Shown here: one piece after another, positions 19,921 to 28,217 of the stretch
Position numbering within the stretch: the stretch's first letter is position 1
Layout of the letters: each line of letters begins with the position of its first letter
Source: Pedobacter sp.
GTDB taxonomy: Bacteria > Desulfobacterota > Desulfuromonadia > Desulfuromonadales > Syntrophotaleaceae
Assembly: GCA_050253415.1 (NCBI GenBank)
Contig: JBFWJC010000001.1
Location: forward strand, 680,679-744,678
Reading direction: 5' to 3'
DNA: 64,000 nt
Program-made: the position numbers and the translations under genes
Notes under the pieces: generated by a model
Told to the model about the DNA's origin: nothing
Databases searched by the model: none
The model's input: only the letters and a program-made list of their open reading frames with translations

Positions 19921-20550
19921 ATGGTACCTGCCGTATTGCTGGCGATTTACCTGGTGATGTTTGCCGCGCTTGGTGTGGCGCCCTATGATCGTGCTGTATG
20001 GATTGCTGAGAACCTGCCGATCATGGCCATTGTCCTGCTGTTGGTGACGACTTATCGGCGGTTTCGATTTTCGGATGGGGCCTATCTGTTGATGGCTTGT
20101 CTGGTCTTTTTGCATACCATCGGCGGGCATTTTACCTTTGAGCGGGTGCCATTCGACTGGGTGACGGACCTTTTCGGTTTTCAGCGCAACCATTACGATC
20201 GCATGGCGCACTTCACCGTCGGTTTTTATGCCTTTCCCTGCGCAGAGTTACTGTTGCGGCGAAAGTTGGTATCTTCCCGCTGGGTGTTGCTGCTGTTTCC
20301 GATCTTTTTTATTGTGACGGTGGCGGCCGGCTACGAATTGTTTGAGTGGCAGTATGCCGTGCATGCCGACCCGACGGCCGGCATCGCCGTACTCGGCTCC
20401 CAGGGCGATATCTGGGATGCGCAGAAGGACATGCTGGCAGATACCCTTGGAGCCCTTTTTGCTACCGGCCTGTTTACGGTGGTTTACCGTCGCTCGCTGG
20501 CGGCTTTGAAATGCTGTGGGCCGCGGTCCCAGCAGGGCGGGGCTTGCTGA
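19921..20550 (+). CDS. DUF2238/YjdF family inner membrane protein
   Basis: PYDRAVWIAEN, GGHFTFERVP, RNHYDRMAHF, LGSQGDIWDAQKDM. Confidence 0.88.
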   Translation: MVPAVLLAIYLVMFAALGVAPYDRAVWIAENLPIMAIVLLLVTTYRRFRFSDGAYLLMACLVFLHTIGGHFTFERVPFDWVTDLFGFQRNHYDRMAHFTVGFYAFPCAELLLRRKLVSSRWVLLLFPIFFIVTVAAGYELFEWQYAVHADPTAGIAVLGSQGDIWDAQKDMLADTLGALFATGLFTVVYRRSLAALKCCGPRSQQGGAC

Positions 20551-20598
20551 ACGGCAGTTTTTTCAGTCTGCCTGCCGCAAAGGTGCGGTTCCTTGATT

Positions 20599-20907
20599 TT
20601 ACCGGGGCTGGTCAGACGGTTCCTCCGAGCGGTACATTTGCTTGGTTTGGACTTTGCCGTTGATGAACTGCACGGAAATCACCGTGTCCTTGTGACGCCA
20701 AGTGGCTGCTGTGCCGGAGAACAGGCCAAGATCGATGCTGGTGGTCTCTGCAGGTTCACCCAATATCTTGATGACTTCGGTTTCGGCCATGCCGGGTTCG
20801 ATGTGGCTGAAGTTTTCCTGGTTGATCGATGAATTACATGCGACGACGGACAGCAACAGATATAAGCCTAACAGCCCGCGCAGGCAGGATCGTAAAAAAA
20901 ATGGCAT
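20599..20907 (-). CDS. Small lipoprotein (SmpA/OmlA- or BLIP-like fold)
   Basis: Lipobox VVAC, INQENFSHIEPGM..EV..ILGEP. Confidence 0.75.
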   Translation of the reverse strand: MPFFLRSCLRGLLGLYLLLSVVACNSSINQENFSHIEPGMAETEVIKILGEPAETTSIDLGLFSGTAATWRHKDTVISVQFINGKVQTKQMYRSEEPSDQPR

Positions 20908-21037
20908 TTCATGACCTCTTTGGCTTGGGGTAAAAGGCTGCCAGTTGTGCGCAGCTGATGCCAAGCATAAATGCTTTTGTCTCGTCGGGCAAGAAGTGTC
21001 TGAACCCCAAGCGTTATACAGATGGAGCCTCATGTCG

Positions 21038-21463
21038 ATGGATATTACCACTCCAGCCTTGTTGTTTCCGGCCATATCGTTGCTATTGCTGGCTTACACA
21101 AACCGATTTCTGGCTTTGGCCAGCGTCATCCGTGCGTTGGCCGGGCGCCTTGCCGAGAGTGATGATGTTCAGGTGCGCCGACAGATTCATAACTTGCGAG
21201 TGCGTATCAGCCTTATCAAGTGGATGCAGGGCTTCGGCATCGTAAGCATTTTGCTGTGCATGGTTTCGATGTTTTGCCTGTTTATAGGTCAGGAAGTTTG
21301 GGCTCGGTTCAGCTTTGGCATCAGTATGGTTTTGATGGTGGTGTCTCTGGGTATCAGCATCTGGGAAACACTTTTGTCTGGTGAAGCCCTTAAGCATGAG
21401 TTGCAACGGTGCGAAATGCTGGCGGCGGAACGTGCGATGGGGCAAAAGAAACATCCATCATAA
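21038..21463 (+). CDS. DUF2721 family membrane protein
   Basis: TPALLFPAISLLLLAYTNRFL signature. Confidence 0.88.
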   Translation: MDITTPALLFPAISLLLLAYTNRFLALASVIRALAGRLAESDDVQVRRQIHNLRVRISLIKWMQGFGIVSILLCMVSMFCLFIGQEVWARFSFGISMVLMVVSLGISIWETLLSGEALKHELQRCEMLAAERAMGQKKHPS

Positions 21464-21511
21464 AATGGTTTTGCGTGCCAGTATGCGATACTGGCTGAAA
21501 GGTAGGGAAGG

Positions 21512-22000
21512 ATGCAGCCGTTTTTAAACCGCTGTGCGGAAGTTGAGGAGACTCTGGCGCAAATTTATACCGAATTGGCAGCCACGGTAGCGGCAGAGCA
21601 GACTCTTAAGAATATCTGGCTTGCCATGGCGGATGATGAGGGTGAGCATGCCCGTGAAATCCGCATGGCCGTGCGCATGTTGAAAGAGGATATCGTTGTT
21701 GGAGAGCAAGTCCCCGACGCGGAGATCAGGCAACTGCTTGCCCAGGCTCGTGATTTGCTGGCCAAGGTTCGCCAATCCGACCTTGGCGTAAAAGAGGCGT
21801 TGAGTCTGTCCCTGCATCTGGAATCAGATTTCCGCCGGGTGCATGTGTTGTGTGCTGTGCGCTTTGCCGATGAAGGCCTACGCAGGGTTTTCGAGCTTCT
21901 CGGGCGGGCCGATCAGGAACATGTCGCCCGACTTAGTGACTACTGCAGAAAGTTTTCCGCTTTGGAAAAGGGCGGAAATGGGGATGCTGCAACAGCCTGA
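21512..22000 (+). CDS. Ferritin-like/rubrerythrin-like di-iron protein
   Basis: E..LA.IY, MADDEGEHA, LE, RADQEHV helix pattern. Confidence 0.7.
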   Translation: MQPFLNRCAEVEETLAQIYTELAATVAAEQTLKNIWLAMADDEGEHAREIRMAVRMLKEDIVVGEQVPDAEIRQLLAQARDLLAKVRQSDLGVKEALSLSLHLESDFRRVHVLCAVRFADEGLRRVFELLGRADQEHVARLSDYCRKFSALEKGGNGDAATA

Positions 22001-22044
22001 TGGGCGTGCGCAGTAGTCTTGCCCGTTTTTAATTCCCTGAGGTC

Positions 22045-22074
22045 TTGACCTGCCCTAGACGACCGGTCTATTAT
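22045..22074 (+). promoter_or_regulatory. sigma70 promoter with overlapping TetR operator palindrome TAGAC-N5-GTCTA (22056-22070)
   Basis: TTGACC (-35, 22045) - 18 nt - TATTAT (-10, 22069); ATG 8 nt downstream with no SD. Confidence 0.65.
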
Positions 22075-22081
22075 TCTCGCC

Positions 22082-22663
22082 ATGGAAAAACGTGATACCA
22101 AAGAACATATCCTGCGCATCGGCATGGACCTGATTGCCCGTCAGGGCTTCAATGCCACCGGCATCGGTGCCGTCCTGAGCCAGGCAGAAGTGCCCAAGGG
22201 CTCCTTCTATCACTATTTCCCCAGCAAGGAAGCTTTCGGGCTGGCGATTATTGATCGGTTTGCCAGCCGCTACGAAGAAAAACTTCTTGGTTTTTTACAG
22301 AATGAAGATCTTGCGCCTCTCGATCGCATCCGCACCTATCTGGATGCCATTGTTCGGCGACTTGACGACGGGGGCTGCGATCGGGGTTGTCTGGCGGGGA
22401 ATCTGGGTCAGGAGCTGGCCGCCTGCAATGAGACTTTCCGTCATCGTCTTGGCCAGCTTTTCGATAACTGGCAGGAGCATCTTGCCAGTTGTCTAGCCGC
22501 GGCCCAGGCGCATGGAGAACTGGCCGTCGAGGCAGATAGCCGGCAGCTGGCGGGGATAATCCTCAATGGTCTCGAAGGGGCCATTCTGCGAGCCAAGGTG
22601 CAGCGTTCGTCCCAGCCGGTGCGTGAATTCATGAGTGTGCTGTTTTCACGATTGTTGCTTTGA
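22082..22663 (+). CDS. TetR/AcrR family regulator (NemR-like)
   Basis: GFNATGI..VL..AEVPKGSFYHYFPSKE, GCLAGNLGQE. Confidence 0.92.
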   Translation: MEKRDTKEHILRIGMDLIARQGFNATGIGAVLSQAEVPKGSFYHYFPSKEAFGLAIIDRFASRYEEKLLGFLQNEDLAPLDRIRTYLDAIVRRLDDGGCDRGCLAGNLGQELAACNETFRHRLGQLFDNWQEHLASCLAAAQAHGELAVEADSRQLAGIILNGLEGAILRAKVQRSSQPVREFMSVLFSRLLL

Positions 22664-22739
22664 TTAAATATCGAATCATTATCCGGTTACCTCGTCCCTG
22701 GCCTGCACTTGGGACTGTCTGGATGTATCTGGAAGGAGC

Positions 22740-23588
22740 ATGCGCATGACCCATTTACCTCAGTTTCAACGTTTTACCAGTGCCTCGCGCTATGTGCTTG
22801 ACGATGAGCTGGCCAAGATCGTCAACGTGTCGATGGTTCTGGAGCTGCCTCTGTTGCTCAAAGGGGAGCCTGGTACCGGAAAAACCCGTCTTGCCCATGC
22901 CATCGCCGAGAGCCTGGGCATGCCTTTGATTATTCTCAATGTCAAATCGAGTATGAAGCTGGTCGAGGCCCTTTATCAGTACGATACCCTGACCCGTCTC
23001 AATGATAGTCGATTCGCCGATAGCAGCCGTGATGTCAGCTGTATCGAAGATTACATCCGCATGGGCAAGATCGGCCAGGCTTTCACCGCACAGCAACGCG
23101 TGGTGCTGCTCATCGATGAGATCGATAAGGCCGATACCGATTTTCAGGATGACATGCTCGATGTGCTTGATCAGATGCAATTCGATATTATGGAAATCGA
23201 CAAAACTGTTACCGCCCGTCATCGTCCGGTGGTAATCATTACTTCCAACGCCAAAAAAGATCTGTCCGACCCGTTTCTCGGTCGGTGTAATTTCCATCAC
23301 ATCGCCTTCCCTGAGGCGGATATGATGAAGCGCATCGTGGCGGTGCATTTCCCCGATCTGGATCAGAGTCTGGTCGAGGAATGCCTGGCGGCTTTTTACC
23401 GGCTGCGCGATCTGGACGGGGTGGAGAAAAAACCGGCAACCCGCGAGCTGCTCAATTGGCTACGCGCTCTGTTGGCCGACCCGGATGTCGATGCCTCGAT
23501 GCTGACCCGGGGGCAGTTGCCGTATCTCGGTATCCTGTTTAAGAAAAGCGCCGATCTTGAGGCGGCACAACTCCACGCGTTGGCCTGA
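22740..23588 (+). CDS. MoxR-family AAA+ ATPase (short CoxD-like type)
   Basis: LLLKGEPGTGKT, LLIDEIDKAD, IITSN, KKPATREL.NW. Confidence 0.9.
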   Translation: MRMTHLPQFQRFTSASRYVLDDELAKIVNVSMVLELPLLLKGEPGTGKTRLAHAIAESLGMPLIILNVKSSMKLVEALYQYDTLTRLNDSRFADSSRDVSCIEDYIRMGKIGQAFTAQQRVVLLIDEIDKADTDFQDDMLDVLDQMQFDIMEIDKTVTARHRPVVIITSNAKKDLSDPFLGRCNFHHIAFPEADMMKRIVAVHFPDLDQSLVEECLAAFYRLRDLDGVEKKPATRELLNWLRALLADPDVDASMLTRGQLPYLGILFKKSADLEAAQLHALA

Positions 23589-23602
23589 AAAGAGGGGGTG
23601 CG

Positions 23603-24793
23603 GTGTTTTTGCCATTTTTTTACGGATTGCGCGATCGCGGGGTGATGGTTGCTCCGACAGCTTTTTTGCGCTTGCAACGTGCATTGAGTATGGGGCTGGT
23701 TCATTCCCTGGATGATCTCTATACCGTCGCGCGCACCGTACTGGTGAAAAGCGAGCGGGATTTCGATACCTACGATCAGCTGTTCGCTGAACATTTCGGC
23801 GCTGCGGAACAAGTCGCGGAACAGTTGGAGGATCTTGATCAGGCGATCCGCGATCAGATAAAAAAGTGGCTGGAAAAACCCAGAAACAAGGATCGTTCCG
23901 TGGAGCCTGGGGCCGAACAACTCGAGCGCCTCAGTCCGGAAGAGCTGGAACAGTATCTGTTGGATCGTCTGGAGGATCAGAAGGAGGAGCATCACGGTGG
24001 CCGCAAGTGGATCGGTACCGGAGGTGTTTCACCCGTCGGTCATTCGGGGCAGCGCCCCGGCGGCATGCGCATCGGTGGTATCTCCCGCAATCGTTCGGCC
24101 ATGCAGGTAGCCATGGAACGACGTTATCGCGATTATTCCCGGGGCGCTCCGTTGACCCGGGCGCACATCGGCGAAGCCCTTAAGCGGCTGCGAAACCTGA
24201 TGCCGGCCGGGCCGTGTGATGCCTTGAATATTGATCGAACCATTTGCCAGACCATGCGTAATGGTGGCGAAATCGAACTGGTCTTCGATCGGCGTCTGGC
24301 CGATCGCCTTAAGGTTATTTTGCTTGTCGACAACGGTGGCTGGTCCATGGAGACCCATGTGCCGACGGTCCAGACCCTGTTTAACCATGCGCGCGACCAG
24401 TTTCAGAATCTGGATATCCATTATTTTCATAATACCATCCACGACCGTGTCTGGAACGATGCCGAGCGGACGTCTTCGCCCATTCCCTTTGCGCAGCTAT
24501 TGGCGCGCGATCCCCAAAGTCGGCTGATTATTGTCGGCGATGCCAGTATGGCACCCGAAGAGCTGTTGCATGCCGGGCCTTCCTATACCATGCGTCGTGT
24601 CACAAGACAGGCCAGTATCGAACGTCTCGAAGCGCTGGCCAAGACTTTTCGTCATGCGGTCTGGCTCAATCCCCAAAGTCCTTCCCTGTGGCCCTACGGG
24701 CAAACCATCAATCGGATCCGGCAGGTCTTCCCCATGTTCAATCTCAGTCTTGATGGCCTTGAGCAGGCCGTATCGCACCTGATGCATTCCTGA
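23603..24793 (+). CDS. VWA-domain protein (CoxE-like partner of MoxR)
   Basis: HHGGRKWIGTGG.SP.GH, LVDNGGWSM, YFHN, VGDASMAPEEL, WLNP. Confidence 0.87.
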   Translation: MFLPFFYGLRDRGVMVAPTAFLRLQRALSMGLVHSLDDLYTVARTVLVKSERDFDTYDQLFAEHFGAAEQVAEQLEDLDQAIRDQIKKWLEKPRNKDRSVEPGAEQLERLSPEELEQYLLDRLEDQKEEHHGGRKWIGTGGVSPVGHSGQRPGGMRIGGISRNRSAMQVAMERRYRDYSRGAPLTRAHIGEALKRLRNLMPAGPCDALNIDRTICQTMRNGGEIELVFDRRLADRLKVILLVDNGGWSMETHVPTVQTLFNHARDQFQNLDIHYFHNTIHDRVWNDAERTSSPIPFAQLLARDPQSRLIIVGDASMAPEELLHAGPSYTMRRVTRQASIERLEALAKTFRHAVWLNPQSPSLWPYGQTINRIRQVFPMFNLSLDGLEQAVSHLMHS

Positions 24794-25126
24794 CCTCGGC
24801 TGTTTCGCAATAATCGGGAGCAATTTGGGGCGCATCCTTGGGGCACGCCACAGGAGTGTGGCGCCCCATGCGGGCGCTGTCAAGCCTCTGACTGCAAAGT
24901 TGAAGAGGTGCGGCACCTGTTGGCCTGTAATTACCAGGCAGGTCCTATGATTTTTGTCAAACAATTCCGTATACTTCCATTTTATTAAAGACAAATAAAG
25001 GCATATTCGGCGTAAGTGGCATTGCCTTTGCGATACTCCTGCCTGTCCACAATTAGGACGACCCGAAATTTTTCATCGTTGGCCTCATAAAATTCAATGT
25101 GGGACAGGAAGAAAGGACGAGTTTTT

Positions 25127-27346
25127 ATGCAATTCAAGTCGGTGCAAATGAAGATTGCCATGATTGCCGGGCTTTGCCTGCTTTCGGCTGTGGCAGTATT
25201 GGTGGTTTACGGATTGTTTTCTGCCAGCAGCACGCAAAGCCTGGTATCTGAGCAGGTTTCCGCCCTGCAGACCGAGACCAGCATGCAGGGGCTGCAAAGC
25301 CTGGCTGGCGAGCAGGCCGGTATGGTTCAGGAGCAGTTGGCCTTGGCGTTGGATGCCGCGCGAACCATGGCGAACACGTTTGAGGTAAGCAAACAGAAGT
25401 CCGGCAACCTGCACATCGGTCGCGATCAACTTAATGCCATCCTGCTCAATGTGTTGAAGCGCAACAAGAGTTTCAACGGGACCTATTCCTGCTGGGAGCC
25501 GAATGCCATTGACGGTCAGGATGAGGCGTTCCGGGTTGACAAGGATGGTAACAATGCGGTGACCGGTCGTTTCACCCCCTATTGGACCCGGGATGCCGGC
25601 GGCAATATCGCTGTTCAGCCCCTGGTTGAATACGATACGTATGATAAGCACCCCAACGGTGTGCTCAAGGGTGGCTGGTATATCACGCCTCGCGAAAAAA
25701 ATCTCGAAAGCGTGCTTGGCCCGTTGCCTTATATTGTGCAGGGCAAGCAGGTGTGGCTGGTAACCATGTCGGTACCCGTTATGGTCGACGGTAAATTCTA
25801 CGGTATCGCCGGAGCCGACTATAATCTTGATTTTGTGCAGGAAATTGCCAAAACGGTCGATTCTGGCCTGTTTGGCGGCGAGGGGCAAGTCTCCATTATT
25901 GCCGATAACGGATTGCTGGTTGGACAAAGCGAGCATGCGGACATGATCGGGGGCCATTTCAATCAGGTGATGCCCAAAGGCTGGGAAGATATTTACAAGG
26001 CCATCCAGTCCGGAGAGCCGTTGGTGCGTACCAACGAGGAAAGCGGTATGGTTGAAACCGTGTCCCCCATCCATCTCGGAAATACCGGCAAACCCTGGGC
26101 CGTCATGATTCAGGTCCCCCAGAAAGTCATTTTGGCTAAAGCCATGGCTCTCGACAACGAGTTGACCAAGCGCGGTCAAAGCAGCGCATTCTGGCAGATC
26201 GTTGCCGGAGTGGCGGTTGTCTCCCTGGCCGTGGCACTGCTGTGGTTGGCGGCTGGTGGCATCGCCCGCCCCATCCGCCGTGCTGCCGAATTGGCCAATA
26301 CCATCCGTGCCGGCGATTTTTCCCAGAGACTTACTCTCAATCAGCAGGATGAGGTGGGCCAGTTGTCCGCTGCCCTGAATCAGATGGCGGATAGCCTCCA
26401 GGGAGCAGCCGATGTCGCCGAACAGATTGCCGCAGGCAATCTTGATGTCGACGTCAAGCTGGCCTCCGATAAAGATCAGTTGGGTCGCGCTCTGCAAAAC
26501 ATGACCGCCAACCTTAACGACGTGTTGGACCAGGTGCAGACTGCCGGTGAGCAGATCGCCTCGGGCTCCGGTCAGATTGCCGATGCCAGCCAGTCTCTGT
26601 CGCAGAGCACCACGGAAGCCGCGGCGTCCATGGAAGAGATCAATGCTTCCATGACGCAGATGGCGTCCCAGACCAAGCTCAACGCCGATAACGCCGAGCA
26701 GGCCAACTCTTTGGCCGACAACGCCCGTCAGGGTGCTGCCGATGGCGCGAAGATGATGGAGGAGATGGTCGCGGCGATGCGTGAAATCAATGCTTCCAGT
26801 GAAGATATTTCCAAAATCATCAAGGTTATCGACGAAATCGCCTTCCAGACCAATCTTCTGGCTCTGAACGCTGCCGTCGAGGCAGCCCGCGCCGGACAGC
26901 ACGGCAAAGGCTTCGCCGTTGTTGCCGAAGAAGTTCGTACTTTGGCGGCGCGCAGTGCTACGGCGGCTAAGGAGACTGCCGAGCTTATTGAAAATTCGGT
27001 GGGTAAAACGCGCAATGGTACCAATATCGCCGACAAGACCGCAGGTGCTCTCAAGGAAATTGTCAGTGGTGCCACCAAGGTTTCGGATCTGGTCGGTGAA
27101 ATTGCCATGGCTTCTAACGAACAGGCACTTGGTTTTTCACAGGTCAATCAGGGGCTTAACCAGATCGATGGCGTGACTCAGCAGAATACCGCCAATGCCG
27201 AAGAGAGTGCTGCTGCTGCAGAAGAGCTTTCCGGCCAGGCTATGCAGTTGCAACACTTGCTCAGTCGTTTCACCCTCAAGGGCCGCAGTTCGGCGGGCAC
27301 CGCAAGGATAGCCAATCGCTCCCAGTTATCGCTTCCGGAGGCTTGA
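25127..27346 (+). CDS. Methyl-accepting chemotaxis protein (dCache-HAMP-MA)
   Basis: Two TM segments, periplasmic Cache domain (WEPNAIDG, GRFTPYW), IAFQTNLLALNAAVEAARAG. Confidence 0.95.
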   Translation: MQFKSVQMKIAMIAGLCLLSAVAVLVVYGLFSASSTQSLVSEQVSALQTETSMQGLQSLAGEQAGMVQEQLALALDAARTMANTFEVSKQKSGNLHIGRDQLNAILLNVLKRNKSFNGTYSCWEPNAIDGQDEAFRVDKDGNNAVTGRFTPYWTRDAGGNIAVQPLVEYDTYDKHPNGVLKGGWYITPREKNLESVLGPLPYIVQGKQVWLVTMSVPVMVDGKFYGIAGADYNLDFVQEIAKTVDSGLFGGEGQVSIIADNGLLVGQSEHADMIGGHFNQVMPKGWEDIYKAIQSGEPLVRTNEESGMVETVSPIHLGNTGKPWAVMIQVPQKVILAKAMALDNELTKRGQSSAFWQIVAGVAVVSLAVALLWLAAGGIARPIRRAAELANTIRAGDFSQRLTLNQQDEVGQLSAALNQMADSLQGAADVAEQIAAGNLDVDVKLASDKDQLGRALQNMTANLNDVLDQVQTAGEQIASGSGQIADASQSLSQSTTEAAASMEEINASMTQMASQTKLNADNAEQANSLADNARQGAADGAKMMEEMVAAMREINASSEDISKIIKVIDEIAFQTNLLALNAAVEAARAGQHGKGFAVVAEEVRTLAARSATAAKETAELIENSVGKTRNGTNIADKTAGALKEIVSGATKVSDLVGEIAMASNEQALGFSQVNQGLNQIDGVTQQNTANAEESAAAAEELSGQAMQLQHLLSRFTLKGRSSAGTARIANRSQLSLPEA

Positions 27347-27403
27347 CACAAGCAGGTTGAAGTTTCTGTAAGTCTATAGGCGTAAACATTGCGCCACCAA
27401 TAA

Positions 27404-27453
27404 GGCCCGCCCTGGAATTGCAACGTTCGTTGCGATCGAGGGCGGGCTTTTTT
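27404..27453 (+). terminator. Rho-independent terminator after MCP
   Basis: GCCCGCCCT...AGGGCGGGC followed by T6. Confidence 0.75.
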
Positions 27454-27512
27454 ATTGCATTTTATCGGTCTGTTATATGGTTTTGGAGGGGATTTTTCGG
27501 CAGAAAAAGCCC

Positions 27513-27562
27513 TTGACAGGCGTTATGTTTGGGATTAGTTTAATGCAGCTTAACGGTGTTAA
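27513..27562 (+). promoter_or_regulatory. sigma70 promoter plus palindrome TTAAC-GGT-GTTAA (putative TetR operator)
   Basis: TTGACA at 27513, 17 nt spacer, TAGTTT; palindrome at 27550-27562 just downstream. Confidence 0.55.
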
Positions 27563-27581
27563 CTTTAATGGGATAAAACGA

Positions 27582-28193
27582 ATGCAAGCAGTTGCTGTCC
27601 GAGCTGAGGACAAATCCGAACTTAGGGCCACTATATTACAGGCCGCACAGGACCTCTTTCTTGAGGAAGGGTTTGAAAAATTTTCTATGCGGCGGCTGGC
27701 GCGTAAAATCGGTTATTCCCCGACAACGCTGTACAACTACTTTAAGGATAAACAGGATCTTATTTATTCCCTCTGTGAAGATCTTTTTGCCTCCTATCTG
27801 GACGCGTTGCAGCAATTGGCCGAATTGGAGGCAAACCCTCTTGAGCGTCTCAAAGGGTTTTTTTTATTAAGCATTCGATTTGGCTGCAGTCATCGGGATC
27901 ATTACCGTGTGGCATTTTTCTCCTCGGAGGCGGTCTACGGTCCTCCGGAGGAATTCATGTCCAGGGATTCCCTGGCCCGCAAATCCTATCTTTTTATACG
28001 TCAGGTCGTAGCCGATTGCATTGCAGGCGGAAAGTTTCGCCTGGCGGACCCAGAAGTGGTGACACAGGCATTTTTGGCTGCATCTCATGGCGTCATTGCA
28101 GCACATATTTTCTGGACGGACTTTCCTCTGGCCCCTCCCGACGTGCTGGGTGAAACGTTGCTCGATGGACTGCTTAAAGGCTTGCTGCCCTAA
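27582..28193 (+). CDS. TetR/AcrR family regulator (WHG-like C-terminus)
   Basis: FSMRRLARKIGYSPTTLYNYFKDK; C-terminal ASHG. Confidence 0.9.
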   Translation: MQAVAVRAEDKSELRATILQAAQDLFLEEGFEKFSMRRLARKIGYSPTTLYNYFKDKQDLIYSLCEDLFASYLDALQQLAELEANPLERLKGFFLLSIRFGCSHRDHYRVAFFSSEAVYGPPEEFMSRDSLARKSYLFIRQVVADCIAGGKFRLADPEVVTQAFLAASHGVIAAHIFWTDFPLAPPDVLGETLLDGLLKGLLP

Positions 28194-28217
28194 TGGTTGT
28201 CAGGGACGAAAATTGTT

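Noticed and set aside
25094..26902. 602-aa minus-strand ORF
   Set aside because: Antisense shadow of the MCP gene.
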